From assembly GCA_964534375.1 (NCBI GenBank), contig CAZHPN010000120.1:1-19414 (forward strand): 19,414 nt of DNA. Reading direction: 5' to 3'. A program made the position numbers and the translations under genes. The notes beneath the pieces were generated by a model, which saw nothing but the letters and a program-made list of their open reading frames with translations, was not told the DNA's origin and made no database searches. Shown one piece after another: positions 1-8,501 of this stretch (position 1 is the first letter of the stretch; every line of letters begins with the position of its first letter). Origin of the DNA: an uncultured bacterium. Its GTDB lineage: Bacteria; Lernaellota; Lernaellaia; Lernaellales; Lernaellaceae.

Positions 1-4
1 AACC

Positions 5-55
5 TGCGGGTAGTGGGCTTTGCACTACCCGCACACTACCCGCACACTACCCGCA
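5..55. repeat. 11-bp unit CACTACCCGCA in three tandem copies (23-55) plus one inverted copy (5-15)
   Basis: TGCGGGTAGTG at 5-15 is the exact reverse complement of CACTACCCGCA at 23-33, 34-44 and 45-55. Confidence 0.9.
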
Positions 56-249
56 GAATCGGAGAGAGGTGATTTTCTTGCGCGTCTCCTCCTCAGATTT
101 TGGCGTCTGGGCCTGGCGCCTGCGCCGGTGGCCCCTACTTCACGTGCACCGTCGTCTTCCGCGGCCAGCCTTTGGGAAGCGGGCGCAGCCGGCGATTCAT
201 TGCGGTCTCCGACTTGGCTACGAAACCGTCGCTGCCCGGCGGCCGGCCT

Positions 250-483
250 GGGAAATTCCCGGTCGTCAAGCAGGGTGGTCGCGATGATAAGTTGTTCGGT
301 GCGAAAGCCGGGGATCGCGACGGCGACGCGGATTTCGCGCACGGTCAACGTCTCGGGCATCGCTTTCCAGGTCAGCGAGAGCCGCCCGCGCGCTTGGCAA
401 TAGGCGGAGTCGTTGGTCGAGGCGGTGCGGCCGCAGGCCAGCCACAGCCAGGCCAGGGCTTGGCGCACGATCTCCCGGCAGGC
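250..483 (-). pseudogene. IS4-family transposase fragments (N-terminal segment fused to a central segment)
   Basis: ACREIVRQALAWL...STNDSAYCQARGRL matches the IS4 N-terminal SAYCxARxRL motif. It is joined near 370-378 to WKAMPETLTVREIRVAVAIPGFRTEQLIIATTLLDDREFP, the segment with the 'TTLLD' motif that normally lies much further downstream. The intervening catalytic region and the C-terminus are missing. Confidence 0.8.
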
Positions 484-656
484 GCAAGGAGGAAGGAAAA
501 ACGGTCACCCGGAACCTGACGGCCGAGCAAGCCCCAGTCTACCAACGCGCAATCGACAACCACCGCAAGTTGACGCAGACCATCGCCGAACTGCGTACCC
601 TATCGCTGGCCCTTCTGGAGCAAACCACCACCGGTGTAGTCAAACGAAGTCGTTAA
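483..656 (+). pseudogene. C-terminal part of a DUF6788-like IS-associated small protein
   Basis: This frame is not in the ORF track (no start codon). It reads RKEEGKTVTRNLTAEQAPVYQRAIDNHRKLTQTIAELRTLSLALLEQTTTGVVKRSR*, with the GKTVT..L..EQA..Y..AI.N.R.L pattern of DUF6788 proteins. The last codons recur, inverted, in the 18483-18592 copy with synonymous or conservative changes. Confidence 0.65.
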
Positions 657-709
657 TATTGCAGGGCTTCCGCCTTAACGTAGTGCCATTCGTGACTGTC
701 CCTAGTTTT
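600..709. repeat. 110-bp inverted repeat, left copy (partner at 18483-18592)
   Basis: Manual alignment of the reverse complement with 18483-18592 gives 9 mismatches and no gaps. Confidence 0.95.
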
Positions 710-759
710 CTTCTGTCTTCTGACTTCTTCTCGTTGACTTCGCCTGCACCTTGGGGAAG

Positions 760-2166
760 ATGGGCGAGGCAGAACCCCCGTGGAGCCGGCAGCCGATGTT
801 CGAACACGCCTGGTATTCGTCGCGCCGCGCGGGCGCGATCTTCGCCGCGCTGAGCGCCGGCTGTCTGGCGCTGGCGGCGGTCTGGGCGAACTGGCCGCAG
901 TGGTTCCTCGCGAAGTTGTTCATTCCGTACCCCGACGAAATGCCGCGGGTGTACTTTGCCCGCGCGGTGTTTGCCTTTCCGCACTTGCTGTTGATCCTGG
1001 CCGCCGCGGCGGCGCTGCTCGCGACGGCGTTTTTCCTGGCCGAGCGTCCGGTCGGGGCGCGGCTGCCGCCGCTGCCGGCGCTGTCGCCGCTCGCCGAGGG
1101 GCTGGCGCTGGGCGGCCTGATCGCGATCGGCGCGTTCCTGTCGCTGCGGCTGTGGGTCTACTGGCAGCGTCCGGCGTACGATTACTTCCTCGACGCCGGC
1201 GGCGCGCTGCACAATTACCTGCACACGGGCGGGCCGGCGGCGCGCGCGGCGCTGCTCGGCTTCATGGGCGCGTATCATCACGCGGCCTGCCCGCTGACGC
1301 CGATGCTGCTGGCGCTGGGCATGTTCCTGCCGGTCAACCCGGTCGTGCTGCTGCAAACGTACAACCTCGCGGCGACGGTCGGGGCGGCGCTGGCGCTGCG
1401 GGCGATCGTGCGGCGGCTGGCGCCCGAGGCGCCGGCGTGGCCGATTTGCGCGCTCTACCTCACCAACGCCGCGGTCGCGCGGAACAGTTTCTTCACGCAC
1501 ATCGAAGGCCTCAACGCCTTGCTCGGGCTTCTGGCGTTTAGGGCGTGGCTGCGGTGGCGCGACGAGCCGACGCGGGCGCGACTGGCCGCGCTGGCGGCGT
1601 TGCTGACGGCGGCGGTTTTTCAGAAGGTCTCGCTGCTGCCGTTGCTGGCGATTCCGACGGCGACTGGCTTGTACGAAGCGTGGCGCGAAAAGCGGCGGCC
1701 GGCGCGGGCGCTTTGGGCCGTGGCGTTCTGGACCGGGGCCGCGCCGCTGCTGAATTGGGCCGCGTACGGCCTGGGTTTCGGATTGTTCCACAATCTTGCT
1801 CATCACATTGTGCTGATGGGCACGGGCTGGAACCGCTTCGATTTCGCGCCGTTGCCTTTTTTCTACTCGACGGCGTTTCTGCTGGGTCCGTACGCGGTCG
1901 CCGTCGCCGCGAACGGCCGCTTGCGGGCGCCGGTCAATTTCGGCTTTTTGCTGTTCATCGGGCTCTTCTTCGCGGCCATTTTCGCGGTTCGCGGTCCGTT
2001 TTGGGGCCGCTACTATTCGAATGTCGTCGGGCCCTGCCTCGCGCTCGCCGCGCCCGGCCTGGCTCGGGCAGGGGGGAATCCGCGCGTCCGCGCGCCGTTA
2101 TACGCATTTTATGTGGGAACCGTCGCCGTGCAGTGGGGGATCATCTATCTCTATTTGATCCGGTGA
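760..2166 (+). CDS. Polytopic membrane protein, probable GT-C fold glycosyltransferase (ArnT/PMT-like)
   Basis: Many hydrophobic helices, an acidic loop motif (YDYFLDAG) after the early TM segments, H-x(3)-P-L-T-P, an 'IEGL' motif, a 'QK' after a TM helix and 'GRYY' near the C-terminus, as in ArnT/PMT-like proteins. Start could be 751, 760 or 796. Confidence 0.6.
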   Translation: MGEAEPPWSRQPMFEHAWYSSRRAGAIFAALSAGCLALAAVWANWPQWFLAKLFIPYPDEMPRVYFARAVFAFPHLLLILAAAAALLATAFFLAERPVGARLPPLPALSPLAEGLALGGLIAIGAFLSLRLWVYWQRPAYDYFLDAGGALHNYLHTGGPAARAALLGFMGAYHHAACPLTPMLLALGMFLPVNPVVLLQTYNLAATVGAALALRAIVRRLAPEAPAWPICALYLTNAAVARNSFFTHIEGLNALLGLLAFRAWLRWRDEPTRARLAALAALLTAAVFQKVSLLPLLAIPTATGLYEAWREKRRPARALWAVAFWTGAAPLLNWAAYGLGFGLFHNLAHHIVLMGTGWNRFDFAPLPFFYSTAFLLGPYAVAVAANGRLRAPVNFGFLLFIGLFFAAIFAVRGPFWGRYYSNVVGPCLALAAPGLARAGGNPRVRAPLYAFYVGTVAVQWGIIYLYLIR

Positions 2167-2397
2167 CGCGGCGGGCAACGGCGTCTGGGCAGGAAGTTTC
2201 GCCGCCTATTCCAAGAGCTTGCGCACATAATCGTCGCCCTCGTTGGCGATGATCTGCTTGACGGTTGCCCGGCGACAGCGGCTGGATGATGAAACTCACG
2301 ACGTGAAGCGGATTCAACGACGTCCGCGGGGGCGCTGTCAAGGCGAGCGCGCGGGCGCGGGTGCATCTTGGCTTGCCGCCGACGGAAACCGCGCGTC

Positions 2398-3114
2398 CTA
2401 GCGCGGCGACGTCCTGCGGGCGTGCGCCAGCACTTTGCCGAACAGGGCTTTCGAAGCGGCGGAAATGGACCGTTCGAGCCCCTTCAGGTCGATGCCTTCC
2501 GCCGCTTGCGATCCCAGAAAAGCGCCGCTTTGGCTGTGATGCACTTTCAGATTGGCGCGCAGTTCCCCCGCGAATTTGAGGATGTCGCCGGTGACCAGGT
2601 AATCGGCGCCGATTTTTCGTCCGATTTCGACTTCGCACGAGGAGTCGGCGCATGTCTTCAAATCGGTGTGCGGCGGCAACAACTCTTGCAGGCTCTCGCG
2701 CGTGATGACCAGGAAACCGGCGGCGGCCAATTCGGCGCTGGCGGCGTCGCGAACCTTATCGGTCAGGTAGGAGGCTTCGTCATCGCTGATGCCCGCGCGG
2801 TCAACCAATTCCAAGACGGCGATCCGTTTGGAGAAACGCGGCGGCGCCGCGGCGGGAACGGTCGATTCGGCAGCCGGCGCCGGTTGCGCTCCGGCCGCCG
2901 GGGTTTTGGCCATGGCGGCGACGCAGAGTTGGCTGAGGCAGTTTTCGCCGGGCCGGCAGTCGCGGTCGGACAGGCAATTGGGATATGGGTCGCGGACTGG
3001 CGACGGAGCAACGTGCGGCAGGCACGCCCCGCACACGATCCCGCAGCAAACGGCGGCCAGCAAGACGGCGAACCCCGCGCAGCGGCCGGACGGGCGACAT
3101 CGACCGATCATCAT
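2398..3114 (-). CDS. Putative lipoprotein with a short Cys-rich module and a CsgG/DUF2380/TolB-N-like alpha/beta domain
   Basis: Hydrophobic leader ending in CGAC; CLSDRDCRPGENCLSQLC module; Pro/Ala linker; then RIAVLEL...LTDKVR...FLVITRE...CEVEIGRKIGADYLVTGDI, typical of this fold. Start uncertain (3111, 3114 or 3129). Confidence 0.7.
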   Translation of the reverse strand: MMIGRCRPSGRCAGFAVLLAAVCCGIVCGACLPHVAPSPVRDPYPNCLSDRDCRPGENCLSQLCVAAMAKTPAAGAQPAPAAESTVPAAAPPRFSKRIAVLELVDRAGISDDEASYLTDKVRDAASAELAAAGFLVITRESLQELLPPHTDLKTCADSSCEVEIGRKIGADYLVTGDILKFAGELRANLKVHHSQSGAFLGSQAAEGIDLKGLERSISAASKALFGKVLAHARRTSPR

Positions 3115-3136
3115 CGGCACTTCGAACAACGACGGT

Positions 3137-3961
3137 TCAGGGCTTTGCCGCCAATTGTTGGATCAAGTTGTCGATGATGAGATAGATCTGCTGTTCCTGC
3201 AGATCTTGATTTTGCAGATACATGTAATAATCGTAGTTCTCCTTGGCGCGGTTGTTTTCCCAACTCACATACGCCGCCGGCCAGAAGGCTTTTAGATCCG
3301 CTTTCCAGGCTTCCGGAATGATGTCGGTGGTTTTGACGGTCTTGGTTCCCGACCAAATCACGTTGCCGTCGATGTCCAGCAACCGCAATTCGACGGTGGC
3401 CTCCCAGTAGACAAGGTCGAAACTGGAAGCCGTGCGATCTTCCGCCAGCACTTTGCGGGCCCACAGCACGGGCACTTCTTTGAAGATTTGTTCGTCGCCG
3501 GCCCGCAAGTAGGTGTGAAATTTCTTGTCGATGTGGAGGCGGCGCACCTCGAAGATGCCGTCGGCGCCGGATTCTTTGCCGAGGAGCAACGCTTTTTCCG
3601 TGCGGTCCCAGACTTCCCGACCGCTATTGTTCGTGTTCTTCAATTCCAGTTCGATTCGCGACACGATGCCGCCCGAGATCAATTGAAAGTTCTGCTTCAT
3701 GAGCTTTTGCTCGATGTACGAGACGAACGACCGCAGGGTATCCGTCGTCAAGGCATCGGAGCAACGCGTCGGGCAACTGGCCTCGGTCATGCTGAGGAAA
3801 ATCAATTTCTTCGGCCAGTGGTCGACATAAGGCGCCTTCAGAATCAGCGGCTCGTCCGGCGTTGTTTTGGGCACGATGATCGAGACGGTCGCCGCACAAC
3901 TCGCCATCATCAACGCCGAGATCAAGATCGTTACGATCAGGAGCAACTCTCGCGCTTTCAT
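3137..3961 (-). CDS. Putative lipoprotein, distant CsgG/LpoB-like fold
   Basis: GGAGG ribosome site before ATG 3961; leader MKARELLLIVTILISALMMASC; ALLLGKESGADGIF and ATVELRLLDIDGNVIWSG motifs. Visibly more AT-rich than neighbouring genes. Confidence 0.7.
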   Translation of the reverse strand: MKARELLLIVTILISALMMASCAATVSIIVPKTTPDEPLILKAPYVDHWPKKLIFLSMTEASCPTRCSDALTTDTLRSFVSYIEQKLMKQNFQLISGGIVSRIELELKNTNNSGREVWDRTEKALLLGKESGADGIFEVRRLHIDKKFHTYLRAGDEQIFKEVPVLWARKVLAEDRTASSFDLVYWEATVELRLLDIDGNVIWSGTKTVKTTDIIPEAWKADLKAFWPAAYVSWENNRAKENYDYYMYLQNQDLQEQQIYLIIDNLIQQLAAKP

Positions 3962-4022
3962 CGATTCGCCTCCCTTTCGAGGATCTGCGTTTCCGTCGCC
4001 GGAACGATCCGGGCGAGCGGGC

Positions 4023-4271
4023 CTACTGGCAAACGTTGGAGAACGGGCAGCAAACGCCGCTCGTTTTTTCGCAGTCGGTTGCGGGCTTCCAGGCATATTC
4101 CCCATTCTGGCTGCCGCAAACCGAACCGGAAACCAGGCAGCAACAGTGAACGGGGCCGTTTTCCGGTTGAAATCTCGCGGATCGTGCGGCGCCGAAGCAA
4201 CTGATTACGCCGACCAGACAAAACAGCGCCACGAATCCCAGGACCAGACACCGAACGCCGAGTGTTTTCAT
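4023..4271 (-). CDS. Small secreted or lipid-anchored cysteine-rich protein (82 aa)
   Basis: AAGGGA upstream of the ATG; basic then hydrophobic leader ending in VISC; 8 Cys in the last 40 residues (CCC..C..C..CC..C); co-oriented with the downstream genes. Confidence 0.65.
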   Translation of the reverse strand: MKTLGVRCLVLGFVALFCLVGVISCFGAARSARFQPENGPVHCCCLVSGSVCGSQNGEYAWKPATDCEKTSGVCCPFSNVCQ

Positions 4272-4617
4272 GAATTTTTCCCTTTTTTTGTGGGCGATTC
4301 ATTTCACCACCAATCGCGTTGTCTTGTCAAGCTCAGAGTTGTGGCCGTGGAAAGAAAAAGTGCGTCTCGATCTTGTTCGAATGTTACCGAGTAAGATCAA
4401 TATGTTGCAAGCAGTGTGCAACGGCTCCAAAGGTTGCCGATCTTCGTGCGTTGGAGAAAATATCCGCTCAAAAACTCCAATTCAACGCGGCCGCGCAATC
4501 CGGCTTCCGATCGCGGCCCGGCGCGGCATCGACGAGTAGATGATCCTGCAACCACGCGCCGACGGGTTCCTTGATCGGCCAGACCGGGTACGCATTCCGG
4601 CGCCCATCCCGCGCCAT

Positions 4618-4646
4618 TCGACAGGCGCGACCCCAATCGGTAACAT
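4618..4646 (+). promoter_or_regulatory. Putative sigma70-type promoter of the GH78 gene
   Basis: TCGACA-17 bp-TAACAT, ending 27 bp before ATG 4674, with a GGAG ribosome site between. Confidence 0.5.
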
Positions 4647-4673
4647 TCGCGCATTCGGGGAGCAGCGAAAACC

Positions 4674-6716
4674 ATGCGCAAGACGGTCGCGGGTCTGCTG
4701 GCCTTACTGGCGCTGATGGGCGGCGCGGCGTGCGCCGGGCCGCGCGGGCCGGCCCGGCCGGCGCTGGCGGCCGGCGACGACGATGACGACGATGCCGCCA
4801 ACCTCGCGTGCGACGCGGCGGCCGGCGACTGGGCCGCGCACGTCATGGCCCCGGCGGGCGATGAAGTCTACCCCGTGGGCGCCGTCTGGTACGATGCGGC
4901 CGGCGCCGGGCAGGAACTCGACGCCGCGGCCTTGCGCCCGGGCGGCGCCGCGGTGAAGCTCGAGGCCGGCACGCTGGTCTTGGATTTCGGCCAGATCGTC
5001 GGCGGCTATATCGAACTGGGCGCCGCCAGCGCCGAGGCGTTCTCCTTCACGCTGCGCTTCGCGGAATCGTACGACTTCCTTTTCGACACGCAGTTGACCC
5101 CGTTCGAAATCCTGACCCAATTCACCACGCCCTTTGTCTGGCTGCCGGCGTATCACCGCTTGCAACTCGACGGCGCGCAGGAACTTCGCGACCCGCAGGC
5201 CGTCGGCGCGTTTCGCTACGTGCGGCTGGACGTCGCCGGCGGCACGGCGGAACTGGATTGGCTGCGCGCACATTTCACCGCGTTCCGGTCGACGCCCGAG
5301 CGGCTGGCCGGGTATTTTCTGTGCGACGACGAATTGCTGAATCGCATTTGGTACGCGGGGCTTTACACGCTGGACCTGACGACGATCGCCTCCGATCAAG
5401 GCGGCGCGGGCGAGCGCCTGACCATCGGCGACGGCGCGTTCTCGATTGTCGACGGCGGCAAACGCGATCGCCTGATCTGGTCGGGCGATTTGTCGATAGC
5501 GAATGCTGTAGATTTCGTCGCCCGGGCGGACCACACGGCGGCGCTCGCCTCGCTGGATTACCTCGGCGACCGCCAGCGCGCCGACGGGGCCTTGCCCGCG
5601 TGCAGCACGGCGGGGCTGCTGGGCCTCAGCGCGTTCACGTTCCTCGAATACGAATTCTTTTGGGCGCTGACGGCCTGGGATCAATACGTCTGGACCGGCG
5701 ACGCGACCGCCCTCGCCCGGCGCTATGCCGTGACCGAAAAATTGCTGGCGTACGCCGGGAAGCAAGTCAGCGGCGGCCTCTTGTCGCTCGGCGCCGACGA
5801 CGCCGGCAGTTGGTGCTGGACGCTCGATCGCCAGGGCCAGAACGCTTTTCACAATATCTTATATCAATTCTCGCTGCAGCGGGCCGCCGCGATGGCCGCC
5901 GCGCTGGGAAAAGCGGCAGACGCGAACAACTGGCAAGCCGCAGCGGATCGACTCGCGACGGCGATCGACGCGGCGTTGTGGGACGACGCGCGCGGCGTTT
6001 ACGTAGAAAGCGCGGCCGACCGCGTTCACGTGCCGCTGGACGCCAACGCGATGGCCATTCTGGCGGGCGTGGCCGGCGATCGCGCGGGGCGCATCTTCGC
6101 GTATATCGACGCCCATCTCGGCGGTTCGTTCGGCTACGTCAACGTCGATCCGGCATACGAACATACGGAAGACGACCTGGATTTTCACAATCGCCGGTCG
6201 ATCGGTTTCGTCAACGCGTTCGCCGCACAGGCCCTGCTCGAAACCGGCCGCGTCGACGAGGCGCTGGCGCTGCTGCGCGCCTGTTTCGGGCACATGGCGC
6301 AAACCGATCCGGCGTCGACGATGTGGGAGTTCATCGGGGGCGACGGCAAGCCGGAGATGGCATACGTGAGCCTGGCGCATGCCTGGTCGGCCGGCGCGAC
6401 GGCGCTGCTGACCACGTACGTGCTCGGGATCAAACCGCTGACGCCGGGTTTCGGCCGCTACGAAATCCAACCGCAACTCGGCGGCTTGCAAACCGTCGAA
6501 GGCCGCGTGGGAACGCCGCAAGGGGCGATTTTCGTCAAGCTGCAAGTAGTGGAAGAGGGCCTGTTGGCCTATGTGGAGGGCCCCGCGTCCGCCGTCGGCG
6601 AATTCGTCGTGCCGGCCGAATATGCGTCGTGGCGCGCGTTGTCCGGCGACGCGACGGCCATCGCCGCGGGCCGCGTGGCGGTCCGCGGCGTCGCGTGCCT
6701 GCTGGCGACGAAATGA
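4674..6716 (+). CDS. Secreted alpha-L-rhamnosidase-like glycoside hydrolase (GH78)
   Basis: Signal peptide and DDDDDD tract; VLDFG and AFRYV N-terminal motifs; CDDELLNRIW; DGGKRDRLIWSGD (GH78 catalytic region); STMWE; SLAHAWSAG; LGIKPLTPGF..YEIQPQLGGL C-terminal domain. Confidence 0.88.
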   Translation: MRKTVAGLLALLALMGGAACAGPRGPARPALAAGDDDDDDAANLACDAAAGDWAAHVMAPAGDEVYPVGAVWYDAAGAGQELDAAALRPGGAAVKLEAGTLVLDFGQIVGGYIELGAASAEAFSFTLRFAESYDFLFDTQLTPFEILTQFTTPFVWLPAYHRLQLDGAQELRDPQAVGAFRYVRLDVAGGTAELDWLRAHFTAFRSTPERLAGYFLCDDELLNRIWYAGLYTLDLTTIASDQGGAGERLTIGDGAFSIVDGGKRDRLIWSGDLSIANAVDFVARADHTAALASLDYLGDRQRADGALPACSTAGLLGLSAFTFLEYEFFWALTAWDQYVWTGDATALARRYAVTEKLLAYAGKQVSGGLLSLGADDAGSWCWTLDRQGQNAFHNILYQFSLQRAAAMAAALGKAADANNWQAAADRLATAIDAALWDDARGVYVESAADRVHVPLDANAMAILAGVAGDRAGRIFAYIDAHLGGSFGYVNVDPAYEHTEDDLDFHNRRSIGFVNAFAAQALLETGRVDEALALLRACFGHMAQTDPASTMWEFIGGDGKPEMAYVSLAHAWSAGATALLTTYVLGIKPLTPGFGRYEIQPQLGGLQTVEGRVGTPQGAIFVKLQVVEEGLLAYVEGPASAVGEFVVPAEYASWRALSGDATAIAAGRVAVRGVACLLATK

Positions 6717-6722
6717 GCGGCG

Positions 6723-7148
6723 TTAATCGCGCACGCACCGCACGCTGTAGCTGAAGGTGACGCTGGCGTTGTCGACCGAGCCGGCGTTGAAATAGATGCT
6801 CCAAGCCCAGTCCTCGCCGAGGGAGTTCGTGACCGCCGAGGACGACCAATAATAAGGAGAATTGTCGTTGCCCGAGAGTTCCGCCGGCCAGTAGAAACCG
6901 CCCGACCCCGGACCGCCGCCGGAGCAGTCGGCGCACGAATTGCTCCAACAACTGGTATAATCCAGGCAACCGTCCGTGACGCCGCAAGCGCCGCCCGTTT
7001 CCGTGTCCGCGCATCCGCGGACAAGGCTGCGAAGCTCGTCGATGTTCGGCAACCGCCAGCCGCTGTAACCGCCCCACGTCAGGCCCGCGCAGTAATTCGG
7101 CGCATCCGCCCAAGGAGTGGGGCTCGACCAGCCCTCCGGAGTCAGGAG
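6723..7148 (-). pseudogene. 5'-truncated DUF1566 (Lcl C-terminal, C-type-lectin-like fold) gene
   Basis: WADAPNYCAGLTWGGYSGWRLPNIDELRSL...YYWSSS...AWSIYFNAG...VRCVR. The frame is closed by TGA at 7149-7151 inside a heptamer repeat. There is no signal peptide and no LTWQ segment, unlike the paralogue at 13783-14364. Confidence 0.75.
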
Positions 7149-7172
7149 TCAGGAGTCAGGAGTCAGAAGCCA
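7138..7172. repeat. Heptamer tandem repeat (GGAGTCA)x4 plus a degenerate copy
   Basis: GGAGTCA at 7138, 7145, 7152 and 7159, followed by GAAGCCA. Confidence 0.9.
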
Positions 7173-7342
7173 GCCCGCCGCGCCGAGACGATGCGCCGGC
7201 GGGGAGACCGAACCAAGACGCCAAGAACGAGAAGTCAGAAGGCCAAGCCCCGGACGGGCACAGGTCAATAACGCGACGCTCGGCCGGCGATCGGCGCCGG
7301 CCGCCCGTGGCGCCCGCGGTTTTCAGATTCCGGAATCGGGGC

Positions 7343-7687
7343 TTACAAGTCGCCGAGCGCCGGGTCGATGGACACCAGATGCCCCTCGACCAGAGTCAAT
7401 TTGACCTTGTCTTTCTGGAAAACGAAGGCCTTGACGACGGTCGCCGCAGTTCCTTTGAAATCCTTCCACGTTTTGCGAACGCTCTTCAACTGGCCCGCAT
7501 CGAGTACGATCTCCATGGCGGCCAACTTGCCGTTCACCATTTGCAGTTGTGTTTTGTTCAAGACGATCGTGATGTGCTTCTCCATCGCCGCCAGGGCCGA
7601 CCCTGGGCCGGCGAACGAAAGGCGTGGGCTCACGGCCACGACCGCCAGCAACAAACCCACCGCGCTCCATAAGAAAGCTCTTCTCAT
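7343..7687 (-). CDS. Hypothetical secreted protein (114 aa)
   Basis: GAGGAG ribosome site; signal peptide MRRAFLWSAVGLLLAVVAV...SFA; protein-like composition. No family recognised. Confidence 0.7.
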   Translation of the reverse strand: MRRAFLWSAVGLLLAVVAVSPRLSFAGPGSALAAMEKHITIVLNKTQLQMVNGKLAAMEIVLDAGQLKSVRKTWKDFKGTAATVVKAFVFQKDKVKLTLVEGHLVSIDPALGDL

Positions 7688-7827
7688 CGCTCAACTCCTC
7701 GACGGCCCGCCGCCGCCTGCGCAACAACCGGACTTTCAACGCCACGGTGAACATAACCTCGAAAAGCACGCCGGACAATCGAGAGTCGCGCGCCGGCCGC
7801 GCGAGACAGCAACGGTGAAGGCAGCCT

Positions 7828-8253
7828 TTATTTCGAGCCTTTCCCGTCGTCCGGCTGAAAGATAAAGGTGTATTTTATGCGATTCGATCCCTGTTCCGGT
7901 TTCGGGAAGTCCCACGATTTGATTTTGTCGCAAATGCACGCGGTGAACTCGGTTCCCTGGGGAATCGTCGGGGTTGCCGTCGGCAGGCATTCGGACGCCT
8001 TGCCGTCTTTGCCGATGAGAAAATTCACGACTACCTTCACGGTCGCCGTCGGATTCTTGCTGAGGACCAGCTCCTCGTAACACACCCGCACTTGCGAAAG
8101 ACGGCTTTGAATCACCTCGCGGACGGCGACTTCACCCTTCGACGACGGGTCCTGATCCTTTTCCGCGGCCGACAAGACGACGCTTTGCAGCAGCAGCGCC
8201 GCCGTCAGCAGCGCGGCCAATATCATGATGAACGAAGTTTTTCCCAAGTTCAT
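7828..8253 (-). CDS. Secreted AgmX/PglI C-terminal (TonB C-terminal-like) domain protein
   Basis: Signal peptide, then VREVIQSRLSQVRVCYE..L..NP...VKVVVNFLIGKDGKA...CICDKIKSWDFPKPEQG..IKYTFIF, the CYE...C...W.FP.P pattern of this domain. GAGG site before ATG 8253. Confidence 0.8.
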   Translation of the reverse strand: MNLGKTSFIMILAALLTAALLLQSVVLSAAEKDQDPSSKGEVAVREVIQSRLSQVRVCYEELVLSKNPTATVKVVVNFLIGKDGKASECLPTATPTIPQGTEFTACICDKIKSWDFPKPEQGSNRIKYTFIFQPDDGKGSK

Positions 8254-8501
8254 TGTTTTCTGCCTCGTTTTTTTGTTGACGTTGTAGAAACTGTGCATAA
8301 GTTCGCGATTGCTGTCAACCTCGGTGCGCCGTTCGCCGCGGCTTTTCGCAGCGGCGGGTCGCCGGCGCTTGCGGCTCGTCGGGTTCGCGGTCAAGCAAAC
8401 GCCGCTGTCGCGACGGGGATGGCGGAATGTCGAACGTCGAATCGAGACTTTCGGGCGCCGCGGCGGCCCGTGGTCGGTTCTCGCCGGCGCGCGGGCAAGG
8501 G

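Larger units (their letters stand above)
250..691 (-). mobile_element. Internally deleted IS4-family insertion sequence remnant
   Basis: IS4-type transposase fragments (250-483, minus strand), a DUF6788-like ORF fragment (483-656, plus strand) and a terminus reading GAATGGCACTACGTTAAG on the minus strand (674-691), which resembles IS4-subgroup ends (AATG...GTTAAG). Confidence 0.8.
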
